Assembly (NCBI GenBank): GCA_964016885.1
Contig: OZ024746.1
Coordinates: 44,888,001-44,952,000, forward strand
DNA: 64,000 nt
Direction: 5' to 3'
Origin: Eledone cirrhosa
Lineage: Eukaryota
The notes under the pieces were generated by a model that did not search any database, was not told the origin of the DNA, and was given only the letters and a program-made list of their open reading frames with translations. Made by a program: the position numbers and the translations under genes. This document shows positions 60,930 to 64,000 of this stretch, piece by piece. The first letter of the stretch is position 1; each line of letters begins with the position of its first letter.

Positions 60930-63450
60930 GTATGGATGCATGCATGTGTAGATATGGATGTTATTGTATGTGTGGATGTGTATATTTTGAGTTGTATGTG
61001 TGCATGTGTATATGTTTTGTATCTGTACATGTGTATATGCAGTTATTAGATGCAAAATGTTTGGAATGTTTTACATATTTTTACTGTTCCATTAATGGAT
61101 TGTACTTGTAGTTTCCTAACTAGTTGTGCTCTTTCTGTTCCTGTCAAGCCTAGCTTCTCAAGATTTGTATTGAGGCAGTTACTAACATATCCCAGTGCCC
61201 CAATAATCACAGGCATAAATCTGAAGGTGTAATCAGGGTGGAGTATCTGCAGATTTCTCAACAGTTCTGCATAAATATTCTCCTTTTCACTAATCTTTGA
61301 TATTATATTGGCATCTGCTGGGCAGCTAATTTCCACTACTGTGCATGTTTTCTTCTCCCTGTCCCATATCATAATATCTGGTCTGTTATGCCTGCATTTT
61401 ATTGGGGTTTTTACTGGAACATTCCACCAGTACTCTTTTATATTATGTACATGGATGTCTTCCACATTGTTGTAGCTTTTAATGTGTTTATTATCGGAGC
61501 TATCGTTTTTACGAACTGCATTGTACAGTGTTTTGTCCACTACATCATGCCTCATAGGTAGATAGTACCGCGATGACATCTTTGGGCAGCTGTCGATGAC
61601 ATGGGTGATATCCTCGATGTTAGTTCTGCAGAGTCTGCACTTGTTATCACATCGAGGTGTTTTGCCTGCATCCCTATCTCTTTTGTGAATCAGGTATTTC
61701 GTGCTAATCTCCTGTTCTTGGATTGCAACAGCGTATCCTTCAAAGTGGGAGCCAATATAGCAGTTGTTGGTCCAAGATAGACTTCTTTCCTTATCTATAT
61801 TACTCTCACTCTGGAGCTTCCTGGCAACATATCCATGCATGATTCTTTGCTGATAGGCATGCAGTTTTTCATCCATGGATTCACTGCGATACTGCTGAGC
61901 AACATCCCTGGGTGTGAGTTTTTGATTATCACACAGGGAATATCTCTCAAGGAGTTCCTTCCCAACTCTCATGATCTTATCTGTTTCATGCAGATAGACT
62001 TGCTCGAGAAGCGGGCCCCTACGCTTCGAGGTTCGTAGATGTTGTCGGAGAGATATGATGCGACATTCAAACGTTATCTGGACTGATGTTAGGCCTCTGC
62101 CTCCCTGCTTACGTTTCAAGTAAAGGCGGTCTATGTCACTGTTGATGTGGAAGTTTTCGGTGTTGTTCAGTATTTTTCGAGTTCCAACATCAACTGCTCG
62201 GATTTCGTCTATCGTCCAATTGAGTATTCCAAACGTTGGTGTTAGGACAGGCACAGCAAACACATTGTGAGCCACTGTTTTGTTTTGCGCAAAGAGTTCC
62301 GATGACCAGATCTTTCTTAATCGGGTGTAGTATTCCCTGGTTACACGTTCTTTATTACAGATACCATTATAGGATATGTTCTCATCTATCCCCAGGTATC
62401 TGTAGCAGTCCTCATCAGATATTGGTGAAAGAGTTAGACCATTGATGACAACGTTGTTAGATTGGGTTGTTGTTTTTCCCCGCTTTACAGTCATGTATGA
62501 GCATTTATCTTGGCCAAACTCCATTCCTATATACTTTGAGAACGTTGTAAACAGGTCAAGATTTTTCTTCATCCCATCCATGTTCTTGGCATAGAATTTC
62601 AGATAGTCCACAAAGAAGTTATGGGTTAGGTTCGTATTTCTGTCCTCCTGTGAGCCAATGATGTATCCCTCACATTTCTTGAGCAGAAAGGACAATGGGT
62701 TTAATGACAAGATGAATAATATCACAGAGAGACTGTCCCCCTGAAATATAACCATGCAATATTTTATTTTATCAGTGAAAATAGAGTCCTCCCTCTCTGT
62801 CTTTAACCTTAGGATAGTAGTCCAAGAAGAAGACAGCCTCTCTATGGCTCTGACAATAATGTCTGGGACTTTAGCAAGTTGGAGGGCCTCTATTATCCAA
62901 GGATGGGGAACAGAATCCAAAGCTTTCTTGTAGTCCAGCCCGACTCTAGTCATATTCCTCCTAAGTTGTCTCACCTCTGACATCGCAGTTTTGTTGATTA
63001 GGAGTTGTTCAGCACATCCCCAAACCCCTTTATTTCCAACTGCTTGTTCATCTGTGATGATGTTATTATTTTCACAATGATCTAGGTTCAGGCAGGCTGT
63101 ATACATCTTATACATCAGGTTCTGGCATGCGATGGGTCGGTAGTTTTTTGCCAAGTGGGTGTCTTTGTTCTTGGGGACCAGTAACGTTTGTGCTAATGTC
63201 AACCATTCTGGTATAAGTGTATCTCCCTGAAGAACTTGTTGGTCGAGGTCAGTAAGATACCTCCGATAGAATATTAGTTTTTTGTACCAGTAGCCGACAA
63301 TCGTGTCTCTTCCTGGTGTTTTCTTATCTTGGAGTTTTTCTATCACAGTCTCAAGGGTACCCTTACTTATTTCGTATGTTTTTGTTGTAGTGTAGGCGCT
63401 ATAGTTCTTTCGGATTTCTCTGAGCCACACTGCATCTTGGTTGAAATATG
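60930..63450 (-). mobile_element. R4/Dong-like RLE non-LTR element, family C, 5'-truncated, abutting (ATGT)n
   Basis: Long RT-RLE ORF. (ATGT)n at 63453-63512 on the 5' side and a degenerate ATGT-rich tract on the 3' side. The 3' boundary is approximate. Confidence 0.88.
61046..63430 (-). CDS. RT-RLE polyprotein, 5'-truncated (794 aa open), catalytic DD mutated (FVDY)
   Basis: NYRPIAC, DYKKALDSVPH, FQGDSLS, HNFFVDYLK, YRYLG, CRLC..EDITHVIDSC, RHD, RPDIMIWD..VVEISCP, PVIIGALG. Confidence 0.88.
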   Translation of the reverse strand: MWLREIRKNYSAYTTTKTYEISKGTLETVIEKLQDKKTPGRDTIVGYWYKKLIFYRRYLTDLDQQVLQGDTLIPEWLTLAQTLLVPKNKDTHLAKNYRPIACQNLMYKMYTACLNLDHCENNNIITDEQAVGNKGVWGCAEQLLINKTAMSEVRQLRRNMTRVGLDYKKALDSVPHPWIIEALQLAKVPDIIVRAIERLSSSWTTILRLKTEREDSIFTDKIKYCMVIFQGDSLSVILFILSLNPLSFLLKKCEGYIIGSQEDRNTNLTHNFFVDYLKFYAKNMDGMKKNLDLFTTFSKYIGMEFGQDKCSYMTVKRGKTTTQSNNVVINGLTLSPISDEDCYRYLGIDENISYNGICNKERVTREYYTRLRKIWSSELFAQNKTVAHNVFAVPVLTPTFGILNWTIDEIRAVDVGTRKILNNTENFHINSDIDRLYLKRKQGGRGLTSVQITFECRIISLRQHLRTSKRRGPLLEQVYLHETDKIMRVGKELLERYSLCDNQKLTPRDVAQQYRSESMDEKLHAYQQRIMHGYVARKLQSESNIDKERSLSWTNNCYIGSHFEGYAVAIQEQEISTKYLIHKRDRDAGKTPRCDNKCRLCRTNIEDITHVIDSCPKMSSRYYLPMRHDVVDKTLYNAVRKNDSSDNKHIKSYNNVEDIHVHNIKEYWWNVPVKTPIKCRHNRPDIMIWDREKKTCTVVEISCPADANIISKISEKENIYAELLRNLQILHPDYTFRFMPVIIGALGYVSNCLNTNLEKLGLTGTERAQLVRKLQVQSINGTVKICKTFQTFCI

Positions 63451-63452
63451 TT

Positions 63453-63512
63453 TGTATGTATGTATGTATGTATGTATGTATGTATGTATGTATGTATGTA
63501 TGTATGTATGTA
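63453..63512. repeat. (ATGT)n
   Basis: Directly visible. Confidence 0.95.
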
Positions 63513-64000
63513 TAGGGATCTGTTTACATTCCTGTAAGATTTGAATTCAAATATCATTTCGAAGATAAGAGTCCGGAATATTTTTTTCTCTGAGAGTTCC
63601 TAATAATCTGAGGAAAGGAACTTTCAGCTCTGAAATATTAGGACGAAAGAAACAAATAAAATAAAATGAAATAAAATAAAATAAAATAAAAATAAAGATT
63701 ACCTTGTAACTAACTTTGTCTTCATCTTCTCATCCATTTTTGCTAAATAGAATTCAAAGAATTATCAACGAGGTGCTACATCCTTCTTAAAATGGTTATT
63801 AAAATCGTTACGTGGTAATCTTTGTTTTGGTTTTTTGGTGTTGTTCTTTTTTCTGTCTAATATTTCGAGATCTAAAAGTCCATTCTCTGGGGTCTAAGGA
63901 ACGCTCGGAAGATAATGTTCCTATTTCCACTTTTTGGGATTAAATTGTGGGCTCCTGCAATGCTACCGTGGGCCCCCTCGGGCTCACTGGCCATTGGGAA

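Noticed and set aside
63700-64000. GC-richer terminal segment, possibly another element or an exon (minus-strand AAG|GTAATC near 63700)
   Set aside because: Cut by the window edge, with no ORF or motif to support a call.

Overview
AT-rich, microsatellite-dense animal DNA. The tRNA-derived SINE and repeat landscape suggest a mollusc, probably an octopus (inference). No host gene is confidently identified. Two retroelement pile-ups dominate the window. (1) About 5.1-35.9 kb is an array nucleated on (ATT)n. It holds four full-length Tx1-clade LINEs plus one 3' fragment, all on +, interleaved with four 5'-truncated R4/Dong-like restriction-like-endonuclease (RLE) elements, all on -. The Tx1 copies share a near-identical ORF2/3'UTR but carry three different 5'UTR/ORF1 modules. 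In all four copies ORF2 lies between a GT donor overlapping the ORF1 stop codon and a polypyrimidine-CAG acceptor in the 3'UTR, so ORF2 looks like an intron. (2) About 39.7-54.9 kb is a (TA)n-nucleated cluster of Penelope-like elements (PLEs). It contains a Neptune-like palindrome with ~2.4 kb arms, a Naiad-like palindrome with ~3.2 kb arms, a non-coding ~420-bp retrozyme-like repeat and a mini inverted pLTR. All four carry hammerhead-like motifs and show the same arm asymmetry. The rest is SINEs, an RTE 3' fragment with three C2H2-like fingers, small hairpin elements and an RLE element abutting (ATGT)n. All alignments and folds were done by eye.
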